A stretch of 64,000 nt of DNA from an uncultured Nitrososphaeraceae archaeon (GTDB lineage Archaea > Thermoproteota > Nitrososphaeria > Nitrososphaerales > Nitrososphaeraceae): assembly GCA_963779615.1 (NCBI GenBank), contig CAVZZA010000005.1:256001-320000 (forward strand), written 5' to 3'. A model generated the notes under the pieces. It worked only from the letters and a program-made list of their open reading frames with translations. It did not search any database and was not told where the DNA came from. Shown piece after piece: positions 28,928-37,725 of the stretch; within the stretch, counting starts at the first letter, position 1, and every line of letters begins with the position of its first letter. The position numbers and the translations under genes were made by a program.

Positions 28928-30331
28928 ATGAGGGTAAGCAATATAACAAACAATAATCATCCAAATATGGTAAATAAAATTAATAACGAAGTAATTAAGG
29001 TGCCAAATACAGGCATAGTAAAATATCATGTCAAGTTAAAGTTTGAGGTTGACGGGTTAGTAGAAAAAGCAGACATTATTGGCGCTATTTTCGGTCAAAC
29101 AGAAGGTTTGCTAGGTCCGGAAATGAACCTGAATGAACTCCAAAAAGTATCCAAAGTGGGAAGGATCGAAGTCAATGTAGACTCCAAATCAAATTCTGCT
29201 AAGGGCGATGCATTGATTCCCATGAGCACTGATATTTCAACAGCGGCGTTAATAGCTGCAGCAATTGAAAGTATTGACAAAGTAGGACCTTTTCAAGCCA
29301 AGTTTTACTTATTAGGAATTGATGATATACGTGCAATTAAAAAGAAAATAATAGTAGATAGAGCCAAAAAAATAGTCCAAGAATGGGCAACAAAAACAAT
29401 TAGTGAAGGAGAAGAAATGTTAAAAGATGTATATGATGCAAGTAAGCCAGGCAGGCTAACAACATTTGGTAAAGCCCAGTTAGCGTGCGGGGTTGGAGTA
29501 TACGATTCTGATTGGATTATTTTGGTAGAAGGGAGGGCAGATGTAATTAATTTACTTAGGGCTGGATACGATAATGCAATAGCAATTGAAGGAGCAAAAA
29601 TAGATGAAACCATTTTAAAACTCACGTATAATAAAAGAGTTATTGCTTTTATCGATGGAGATAGAGCAGGTGATCTGATATTAAAAGAGCTGCAAGGATT
29701 GGTCAAAATAGACAAAGTATACAGAGCTCCATCAGGTAGGGAAGTTGAAGAATGTACTCCTTTAGAGATCTCTGAAATATTAAAAGATGTTGAACAGCAG
29801 ATAAAAAATATCTACACAAATAATTTAAACACAGAAAATCAACCACAAACTCGAACCAATTCGCAACTTTCATTGTCAAATCAAAACCAAATAAACACAA
29901 TTGACATGGATACAAGCAACAGCTACAATCCCAACATTCAACTACAGAAAGAATTGGTTGAATCAAATAACAACAATAGTATTAAAGATATAAAATTAGG
30001 CAAAAACAATTCAAGCTCGAACGATGATGAAGAAATCATTTCAATAATTAAACAGGTTTTTCCAGAAATTAATGAAACCTTAGAAGCCATAATATTTGAT
30101 AAATCATTGAAAACAATGATAAAGTTACCCGTGTCTGACATAGTAAAAAAAATATCAGACTCCCAAGGTGGGAAGATTTTAGTTTTAGATGGGATCATTA
30201 CACAAAGGCTGATTGAAGCAGCCAATAAGGCAGGAATACAATACATCATAGGTCATAGGACGAGTAGTCTGAAAAAACCCTATGCCGGTATTCGGATACA
30301 AACTTTTTCTGACTTTGGCTTAATTAAATAA
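28928..30331 (+). CDS. dnaG: Archaeal DnaG (primase-like, exosome-associated)
   Basis: GAIFGQTEGLLG, VGRIEV, LVEGRADV, DGDRAG, DGIITQRL; N/Q-rich linker. True start may be near 29000. Confidence 0.95.
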   Translation: MRVSNITNNNHPNMVNKINNEVIKVPNTGIVKYHVKLKFEVDGLVEKADIIGAIFGQTEGLLGPEMNLNELQKVSKVGRIEVNVDSKSNSAKGDALIPMSTDISTAALIAAAIESIDKVGPFQAKFYLLGIDDIRAIKKKIIVDRAKKIVQEWATKTISEGEEMLKDVYDASKPGRLTTFGKAQLACGVGVYDSDWIILVEGRADVINLLRAGYDNAIAIEGAKIDETILKLTYNKRVIAFIDGDRAGDLILKELQGLVKIDKVYRAPSGREVEECTPLEISEILKDVEQQIKNIYTNNLNTENQPQTRTNSQLSLSNQNQINTIDMDTSNSYNPNIQLQKELVESNNNNSIKDIKLGKNNSSSNDDEEIISIIKQVFPEINETLEAIIFDKSLKTMIKLPVSDIVKKISDSQGGKILVLDGIITQRLIEAANKAGIQYIIGHRTSSLKKPYAGIRIQTFSDFGLIK

Positions 30332-30346
30332 AAAAATAAAATAATA

Positions 30347-31108
30347 ATGGACAAAAATCTAAATTATTTTCATTTTTTAATTCTTATCAATTTACTTTCT
30401 CTAGGTGCCAGGGAAACTTATGTTGAAGTTACGAGTAGCCAGGTTAGCAAGGTAATTGAAAGATCTCAACAAACAGCTTCCAAGATTTTAATCGAATTGG
30501 AAAAGCATAATTTGATTGAAAGAATTAAAAATAATAAAATATTTAAAGTGAAAGTAACACCTGAGGGTTTTGAGGTGGTTAAAGAGTTACAGGAAATGAT
30601 AAAAACAGCAACGGATAATTCCAAAATAAAAAGTGCGATTTTTCATGGAAGAATAGTTACTGGCATGGGTGAGGGTTCATACTACATGTCATTAAAAGGA
30701 TATAAAAAACAGTTTAAAGACAAATTGGGATATGAGCCATTCCCAGGCACTTTGAATGTAAAGCTGGATGACAAAATCTATAGGGATACAAAAAGAGAAA
30801 TAATAAATTATCCATCAATATACATCCACGGGTTTAGGGATGAAAATAGAACATTTGGATGGGTAAAATGCTATCCAGCAGTGTTATTTCCAGAGGTAGC
30901 GAAAAACAAGATGGATTTAAAAAATAACCCTTACAGCACAGACAGTAGAAAGGTTGAAATTGATTCATCCATATTGCTTTTAGAAAGAACTCATCATGAC
31001 GATAGATTAATCGAGGTAATTTCTCCAGTTTGTATTAAGGATACGGCAAACCTGAAAAATGGAGACACCGTAACGATCATATTAAAGGAATCAAATCAAA
31101 TTTCATAG
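30347..31108 (+). CDS. ribK: CTP-dependent riboflavin kinase with N-terminal wHTH
   Basis: SQQTASKILIELE HTH; G.IVTGMGEG.YY, PFPGTLN, RTFG, ERTHH. Confidence 0.92.
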   Translation: MDKNLNYFHFLILINLLSLGARETYVEVTSSQVSKVIERSQQTASKILIELEKHNLIERIKNNKIFKVKVTPEGFEVVKELQEMIKTATDNSKIKSAIFHGRIVTGMGEGSYYMSLKGYKKQFKDKLGYEPFPGTLNVKLDDKIYRDTKREIINYPSIYIHGFRDENRTFGWVKCYPAVLFPEVAKNKMDLKNNPYSTDSRKVEIDSSILLLERTHHDDRLIEVISPVCIKDTANLKNGDTVTIILKESNQIS

Positions 31109-31641
31109 AATGTATTGCCAAGGCTTCTTTTTATCAAGGTACTTTTAATTTCAGGTATTGGTGAAGACAACCGTATAACATCCAATTTTATACCTCGTTC
31201 TAAGCAATTTTTTTGAATTTCTTTCTCATTATGAGACTGGTCATATCCAAGAGCAATAATATCAGGCTTTACAAAAGAAACAGTATCGTATAAAGTACCC
31301 TCCTTTCCTATAAGTGAAAGATCTACAAAGGACAACGATGCAACCAATTCTCTCCGGTGTTTTTCATCATGGTAAATATTCCTATTTTTCTTCAATTTTA
31401 ATGCGGTAGAAGTAGTAGCGACCACTACGACAAGTACATCCCCATAGGATTTAGCCGATTTTAAAGTATGGATATGACCCGGATGCAATAAATCAAAAAC
31501 TCCACCCATAAATACAACCTTAATCTTTGAGCGACCCAACTCACTAAGACTACAAATGATTTGTGTAGGTTTTTGCAAGACTTGCTCCTTTTGCATAGTC
31601 TTTACATAACCAAGCCTTTCAAGATTCGAGAATTTTGTCAA
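31096..31641 (-). CDS. ribL: FAD synthetase (cytidylyltransferase family); probable N-terminus from 31765 in another frame
   Basis: VFMGGVFDLLHPGH, KPDIIALGYDQ and KST motifs; convergent with ribK. Confidence 0.85.
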   Translation of the reverse strand: MTKFSNLERLGYVKTMQKEQVLQKPTQIICSLSELGRSKIKVVFMGGVFDLLHPGHIHTLKSAKSYGDVLVVVVATTSTALKLKKNRNIYHDEKHRRELVASLSFVDLSLIGKEGTLYDTVSFVKPDIIALGYDQSHNEKEIQKNCLERGIKLDVIRLSSPIPEIKSTLIKRSLGNTFYEI

Positions 31642-32799
31642 GGTAAAAATCTCTCCCTAAATTCATTTTATTTTCAAGATATGTCAAAATAGAATTAGAG
31701 TTAGGTCCATTATCCAAATTATTACAGTAAATAGAACCTAGAATAAATTTTTGTATTGAATTCATTAAATTTTATAATATAGAGGGTAATGAAACGATAT
31801 ATAATTTTATAAATAATATTTTAGTTTTCAACACCTAGACACCTAAAATTGATTGTTGCCCAACTATAGGAGGGTCTTCAGTTTACAAATGAACACATCA
31901 ATCAATACAGATTTTGATTTTTTATCTTATTGGTCTAAAACCTACGCCTCAAAAAAATACAAAAGATGAAAAATAGTAGTCTTTTAATCAATCATCAACC
32001 TAACTCAAATTACTGATTTTTTTTTATTAATAAGAATAAAATGTGGCCGGTTTTGTGACAACATCAAAACGAGTCAATGAGGTTACAGAACTGGGATTAA
32101 GACATATCCTAAATAGCATATCCAACAGATTTTCAAGAAAAAATCATTCTTTAGGACTGATTTAAGGGAATAAACAAAAACCAAATTTCAAATGATGTCT
32201 CAGGTACTCATAATCTTCTTCATAACATATCAATAATCAGACGGCTCTTCGTTGTCATCATTGACACCACCAAGATTTATACAAAAATAAATATATTCTT
32301 TTAAATCCAAATAGAGATTCAGGCAGGGTATTTTGCATTATAGGCAATTTTACTTTTAGGACTAGGCAAACTATTGATATGTTGGTACGAAAGAAAAATT
32401 CCCATGAGTTATTCAAAACTCGGCAAACTTAAGATTAATTTGTAAGTCAATAAAACAAATAAAATCATAAATAGGCCAGATTTCCGCTTGGATTTCAGAT
32501 TATAAAAGCTAATTAAACTCTTAACTATTTGCCCTTTTTCATACTCTTGCGCATAATAGTGATAGTTAATGAGGTGTTTTCTACATTGGTATTAATCAAT
32601 ATCATAAATGAAAAGAAAAGTCATGTCCTTTAAATCCAGATTATTTTGACATTGGCGTAAAAACTCACTGCTTAGGCAGAATAGGCGGTGGATGACAAAT
32701 ATCATGGAAAAATATTTTAATTTAGAAGGGACAAAAACAGTGATGTCTAGTAACAGACCTAAATGACTAAAAAATTAAAATGAAATTAAAAACATTGTA

Positions 32800-32959
32800 T
32801 CCCGCGAGCAGGATTTGCTCCAAAAATAAAGACATTATTTTTTGTTTGAGCCTGCGACTCTTCGGTCACTGCTGGATGTAAGCCCGATAGGCTGATTTTG
32901 GTTAGCATTAGTTGCCAACAACTACAGCCGAAAGCTCTACCAGGCTGAGCTACCGCGGG
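32800..32959 (-). tRNA. tRNA-Tyr(GTA) with two introns (37/38: 32867-32921; T-loop 58/59: 32815-32845)
   Basis: Spliced form CCCGCGGTAGCTCAGCCTGGTAGAGCTTTCGGCTGTAG/ACCGAAGAGTCGCAGGCTCAA/ATCCTGCTCGCGGGA. C1:G72 and A73 identity elements; bulge-helix-bulge-type motifs at both introns. Confidence 0.92.
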
Positions 32960-33059
32960 ACACTTAAATTTAAAATTAATTATATATATTCTAATCGTAA
33001 AAATAAAGCTAGTGCTTTAAATTAATTTATATATATTTTCGGCAAAAACAATAAACTAA

Positions 33060-33491
33060 ATGAACTCTAAAATTTTTAAAAAAAAATTCCTCATCCTAAT
33101 TCTATTTCCTGCCATCTTTACATTGATTATATATTTATTGTTTATTTATTCCATAGGTAATCCAACCTTTCATTCTATCGCGCTTTTGCCTGAACAAGCA
33201 TATGTGATAGCTTTACATGAAGTTTATAATCGCTCTTTAAGCGAAATTAACAATATTACCTTTGATGATGTCAAGGATAAATTTACTTATCAATACGTAA
33301 TGATAAAAAATGATGGCACTGTATACCTATTGAATAAAAACAACGATTCTGTCATAAAAACAACAGGTAACACAACCCCCCCAATAACTGACGGCACTCA
33401 TTTTGCGTGGGAAATCAATGTAAACAAGACAAAAATCTTTGTTGATTCGACAAGTGGACAAATTGTTTCCATCTCCGACAAAAAGTCGTAA
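33060..33491 (+). CDS. Membrane-anchored protein with PepSY-like domain
   Basis: N-terminal TM, PEQAYVIA, and a C-terminal AWEIN...FVDSTSGQIV pattern. Confidence 0.6.
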   Translation: MNSKIFKKKFLILILFPAIFTLIIYLLFIYSIGNPTFHSIALLPEQAYVIALHEVYNRSLSEINNITFDDVKDKFTYQYVMIKNDGTVYLLNKNNDSVIKTTGNTTPPITDGTHFAWEINVNKTKIFVDSTSGQIVSISDKKS

Positions 33492-33521
33492 TCGATTGAA
33501 ACGAGGCATAAATCCCACAGC

Positions 33522-34487
33522 TTAGGTGTTTGAAATTATCTTTAGTAAATTGAAGATAAAGTATGAAATAATCTTATCGGCTCCTGCCCTTTTAAGCGAC
33601 ATCAAAGATAACGTGACCCATTCAACCTCATCGAGCCATTTCTTTTCTGCAGCTGCCTTTATCAAAGCATATTCACCCGATACATTTTGGACGACCAATG
33701 GTTTTTCTGAGTATATCTTTACCGCTTTTACAACATCCATATACCAATAAGATGGTTTGATCATTACCCAATCTGCACCTTCGTTAATATCTGATAATAC
33801 CTCCCTCACAGATTCTTGCATATTGGTAAAACTGTTCTGGTATGAAGACTTATCGAAAAAACCGGGTTTAAAAAAATTATTACTTCTAAATGGAGAATAC
33901 AGACAAGAGTTATGCTTGGAGGAAAAACTCATTATTTTTATATTACTAAAATCATTGTTTTCCAATACTTTTTTTAGATAAAGCACTTGTCCATCCATCA
34001 TCGAAGACGGGGCAACATAATCCGTACCAGATTCAGATAAACTCAATGTTATCTTTCCCAATACTTTCAATGTTTCATCATTATCAATTTTGTAACCTTC
34101 CATACCTTTTGAAACAGGATTACTTTTACAAGCATCATTACAATACACACCACAGTGACCTGAGGTATTGTATTGACACACACATACGTCAGAGATAATA
34201 TTTATCCTATCACCAAAATTTTCCTTTATCTTTTTGACTGAAATTTGGGCAACTCCATTTTTGCCAAAAGAGGATGTACCTAGCGAATTCCTTTTAGCTG
34301 GGATGCCAAAAATAAGCATGTTGTATATCTTTAAATCAACCAATTTTTGGACATACCCAGAAATATTTTTAATAAAAACTTTAGATTCGTTCATATATTG
34401 TAGTTTTAAACTATTTTGATAGGTTGTTTCGTTTTCATATATAAAAACTGGAAAAATGAAGTTATCGATATTGTTAAAAATATTCAA
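33522..34487 (-). CDS. hemB: Porphobilinogen synthase (HemB), divergent
   Basis: DVCVCQY..SGHCG Zn motif, APSSMMDGQV, both Schiff-base Lys (SSKH, MIKP), VSGEYALIKAA. The N-terminal arm is absent. Confidence 0.85.
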   Translation of the reverse strand: MNIFNNIDNFIFPVFIYENETTYQNSLKLQYMNESKVFIKNISGYVQKLVDLKIYNMLIFGIPAKRNSLGTSSFGKNGVAQISVKKIKENFGDRINIISDVCVCQYNTSGHCGVYCNDACKSNPVSKGMEGYKIDNDETLKVLGKITLSLSESGTDYVAPSSMMDGQVLYLKKVLENNDFSNIKIMSFSSKHNSCLYSPFRSNNFFKPGFFDKSSYQNSFTNMQESVREVLSDINEGADWVMIKPSYWYMDVVKAVKIYSEKPLVVQNVSGEYALIKAAAEKKWLDEVEWVTLSLMSLKRAGADKIISYFIFNLLKIISNT

Positions 34488-34523
34488 TAGATTTTTTAAT
34501 GTGCATACTAATTAGTATTAAAT

Positions 34524-35369
34524 TTAACGGTCACTGATTCTATATATCTTGTTGGTGTAGATCTTTACAAATCCTTGTTTCTCGTAAAAAGATAATAAAT
34601 TGTCGCTTTGTAATGTTTGGAGGCCGAAAATCGGATATCCCTGTCTTCTGCCAAAATTGATTGAAAAATTAATGATGTTTGTTGCGACCTTATTGCATCG
34701 ATATTCTTTTTTAGTGCCCAAACAATACAAGGCCATACAGTTTTTATGATGGAATAGAATACCGCAGCCTGCTACATTCTCATGGGCTTCATCTTTAACT
34801 TTTTTCTTAAACAGCACAAAGTCAAATATATTAAACTTATCCTGCAAGATTTTATAAATTAAACCTTCTTTTTTTCCGCTTATCCCAAAAATTGTACAAT
34901 AGGCTTTTACCCACATTTTTAATTCATCATGACTATCAGATATTAGAATTTGAGAGCCATTAAATGGCTTTACCAAAATAGCGGTATTTAGAGTGGAAAA
35001 GTTATAATCAAAAGAGTCGAGATATTGCAAACCAGTCACCTCATCGATTTTTTCAAAGTTCTCTTTTATTAAATATTCTTCTAAAAGAGAATGTTTTGAG
35101 GTTATATGCAAATATAATGTTATTTTTTTCGCATTGGATACATTGGTTAAATCGCGGATTGTTTTTTCAATCTCAAAATTATCATACCGATTAAAATCCA
35201 GATGTTCATTAATGAGGACTCTGTTTAGAAAATAATCATCATTCAAGCCTGCAGTATGTGAGATGAAAAATTTATTTTTAACATTTACCACTTTGGAATG
35301 CCAGCTATTACAAAAACTATTTTCATTTTCTTGCAGTATTTTAATAATACCTGAGTCCAAGAATTTCAA
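34524..35369 (-). CDS. GNAT-family N-acetyltransferase (two-domain length)
   Basis: C-terminal LYCLGTKKEYRCNKVAT (motif A) and SFYEKQGF (motif B). Confidence 0.8.
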   Translation of the reverse strand: MKFLDSGIIKILQENENSFCNSWHSKVVNVKNKFFISHTAGLNDDYFLNRVLINEHLDFNRYDNFEIEKTIRDLTNVSNAKKITLYLHITSKHSLLEEYLIKENFEKIDEVTGLQYLDSFDYNFSTLNTAILVKPFNGSQILISDSHDELKMWVKAYCTIFGISGKKEGLIYKILQDKFNIFDFVLFKKKVKDEAHENVAGCGILFHHKNCMALYCLGTKKEYRCNKVATNIINFSINFGRRQGYPIFGLQTLQSDNLLSFYEKQGFVKIYTNKIYRISDR

Positions 35370-36444
35370 TCATCCTTTTAATCAATTTGGGATTTTGGTA
35401 TTTTTCTATTATTTCCAAAATTAGTGTTATAGACGACTCGGTGTCATAGTCATCATCCACAAATCTTAAAAATTTTTTTATAAATTGTTGTTCCAAATGT
35501 ACATTTTGTTGATGCTCCATGTTTTCGCGCTCCAAAAACACACTTCCAATTATTTTATCTATTTCAGTTGCTTTATCAAGGTCATGAGATGTAAAGTCGA
35601 TATCTTTTTTATAATTTTTTGATAAAAAAAAGATTTTTAGAGCATTGGGGCTGCAGCTTTTTAAAATACTCGAAATGGATATGGTATTACCAGTTGAGTT
35701 AGACATTTTCTCTGAGTTGATATTTAACAAGCCCACATGAATCCACCTTTTTTTTGGATATTTGAGTACAATCTTATTGATTTTTTTTGAGATTTCAGCA
35801 ATAAATTCATGGTGGGGATATAGTAACTCCCTTGCTCCACCATGGATATCATATTCACCATTAAAAACATTTTTTATAGTTTGATAATCCTGAAAATGCC
35901 ATCCTGGGATACCACTCGCTACAATGTCATTAATTTTTTTTAAATATTCTTTATAAAAATTTTCAGAATTCCATATCATAATGTCTCTTTGACTTCTTTT
36001 TCCACAAGAGATATCAACAGGCATGTTCTTGATTTCATCTAAAGTCAGTCCCAATGGACTATCAAGATCTTCATCTATTTTTAGAAAAACATTTCCTGCA
36101 TATGAATATCCTTTTGTTGATTTCAAAATATCAATCACGTCATTTTTAATAACAGATAAAAAGTCAGAAACTCTACTATAAATGAAATTGTTTTCTATTT
36201 GAATGTTTTCCAAATCTCTCAAAAGGCAAGATAAATATATATCTGGAATTTTGAGGTTTGTGGAAACCTTATAACCACCTTTTTGATAAATTTTATGATC
36301 AATGTCGGTTAGCTGCATAACCGCAATAGGCGAATTCCCTATAAACCTATGATAATTAACTAAAAAGTTAAAAAAAATAAAAATTCTTGCATGACCAATA
36401 TGGCATTTTTCATAGAGGGTTGGGCCACAAATAAAAATTTTCAA
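35341..36444 (-). CDS. Cysteinyl-tRNA synthetase paralog, short and with degenerate motifs
   Basis: CGPT.Y...HIGH, TDID, G.PGWH, DIHGG, PHHE, KMSNS; only 367 aa. Confidence 0.85.
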   Translation of the reverse strand: MKIFICGPTLYEKCHIGHARIFIFFNFLVNYHRFIGNSPIAVMQLTDIDHKIYQKGGYKVSTNLKIPDIYLSCLLRDLENIQIENNFIYSRVSDFLSVIKNDVIDILKSTKGYSYAGNVFLKIDEDLDSPLGLTLDEIKNMPVDISCGKRSQRDIMIWNSENFYKEYLKKINDIVASGIPGWHFQDYQTIKNVFNGEYDIHGGARELLYPHHEFIAEISKKINKIVLKYPKKRWIHVGLLNINSEKMSNSTGNTISISSILKSCSPNALKIFFLSKNYKKDIDFTSHDLDKATEIDKIIGSVFLERENMEHQQNVHLEQQFIKKFLRFVDDDYDTESSITLILEIIEKYQNPKLIKRMIEILGLRYY

Positions 36445-36698
36445 ATTTTAATCTATTTGATTCTCATAGAATTTAACTTTATATTTAATACAATATTTAG
36501 GTGAGGGCAAAATCAAAATAACGTATAAAATAAGCATGTTCAAAAAATAAAAAATGAAAAAAGATTAAAAGATTAAGAAAATGACTTTGACAACAGAATG
36601 AATATTTACAACATGATATACAAATATTGCCTTTTTTTTATATATGTTTGATTTAAAATAAAACAATCGTAAATATATTGGCATTTTATAAAAAGATA

Positions 36699-37499
36699 TC
36701 AGTTATGATGGTCACCATCGTTATTTTTATATTGTTTTAAAGTATTAACAATTAAATTTACATCTTCCATATTTTTTGAAAGTCGACCAATTTTGATACA
36801 ATCTCTTATGTCCCTTGACTTTAACCTATTCCAAACTAAATACGCTATACGGCTTGAAACACAAGGTTCAATATTACATTCTTTGGAGAGCAGATGATTT
36901 GTTATTTTTAAAAATTCGTCATAGTTATATTTCTTGAAACACAGGATTAGGAACCTGGACAACAGAGGTGTTAATAACTTTTTTTCATCATTACATGATG
37001 CAAAAACCCAGGTTTTCATAACGGCTTTTCGTGTTTTATCAAATTTTGTTTCGCTTAATATACCCGTTTCCATCAAGCTCAAAAGCGCTGCTTGATCTTT
37101 AAATGGCATGTATTCAATTTCATCAATAATCAAATTCCGAGGCCTATTATTAAATAAATAATCCAGCATACCTGCTTTTGTGCTATGACTTCCCAATGTA
37201 AAATAAGAACGTTGAATCTTCATGCACTCCATTAAAAACAAAGTTTTTGCAGAACCAGGAGGGCCTATCAATAAAATATGTACAGGTAGATGTGATTTGA
37301 TGGCAAATAAAAATATCTTCTTTATGTTATCATAACCAATTATATTTTCAAAAAGAGCGTCATTTGATTGAAAAATTACATTGGGGTCATCCACTTCCAA
37401 AGTTTCAGCATCTGAGGAGTCTCCTTCAAACATGTGTTTTTGATTTTTTCGGGGTTTTTTTTCCCTATTGGTGTAAATATCAGTAACATAATCAAACAT
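36699..37499 (-). CDS. Small AAA+ ATPase (MCM/MoxR-like core)
   Basis: LLIGPPGSAKT, IIDEIEYM, QAALLSLMETG, ASCN, PLLSRF arginine finger. Confidence 0.85.
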   Translation of the reverse strand: MFDYVTDIYTNREKKPRKNQKHMFEGDSSDAETLEVDDPNVIFQSNDALFENIIGYDNIKKIFLFAIKSHLPVHILLIGPPGSAKTLFLMECMKIQRSYFTLGSHSTKAGMLDYLFNNRPRNLIIDEIEYMPFKDQAALLSLMETGILSETKFDKTRKAVMKTWVFASCNDEKKLLTPLLSRFLILCFKKYNYDEFLKITNHLLSKECNIEPCVSSRIAYLVWNRLKSRDIRDCIKIGRLSKNMEDVNLIVNTLKQYKNNDGDHHN

Positions 37500-37725
37500 A
37501 GGTTATGGATGTAAAGACTAAACTTATAAAACTTATTTTTAATGTTCAAATTTGAAACATAGGTTTTAGTAATAATTATTTAATTGTGTTAACAACTAGT
37601 TATGCATAAGCAATAATATAAAAAAGAACAAAAGTCATAAAATAAAAGGTCTTGCTTCAGTTCTAATTACTAGAAAAATTCCTGAAAACGGTGTAGATAT
37701 TCTAAAATCAAAATATAACATAACA

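Noticed and set aside
32867-32921. Guide RNA inside the canonical tRNA-Tyr intron
   Set aside because: No recognisable C/D boxes in the 55-nt intron.
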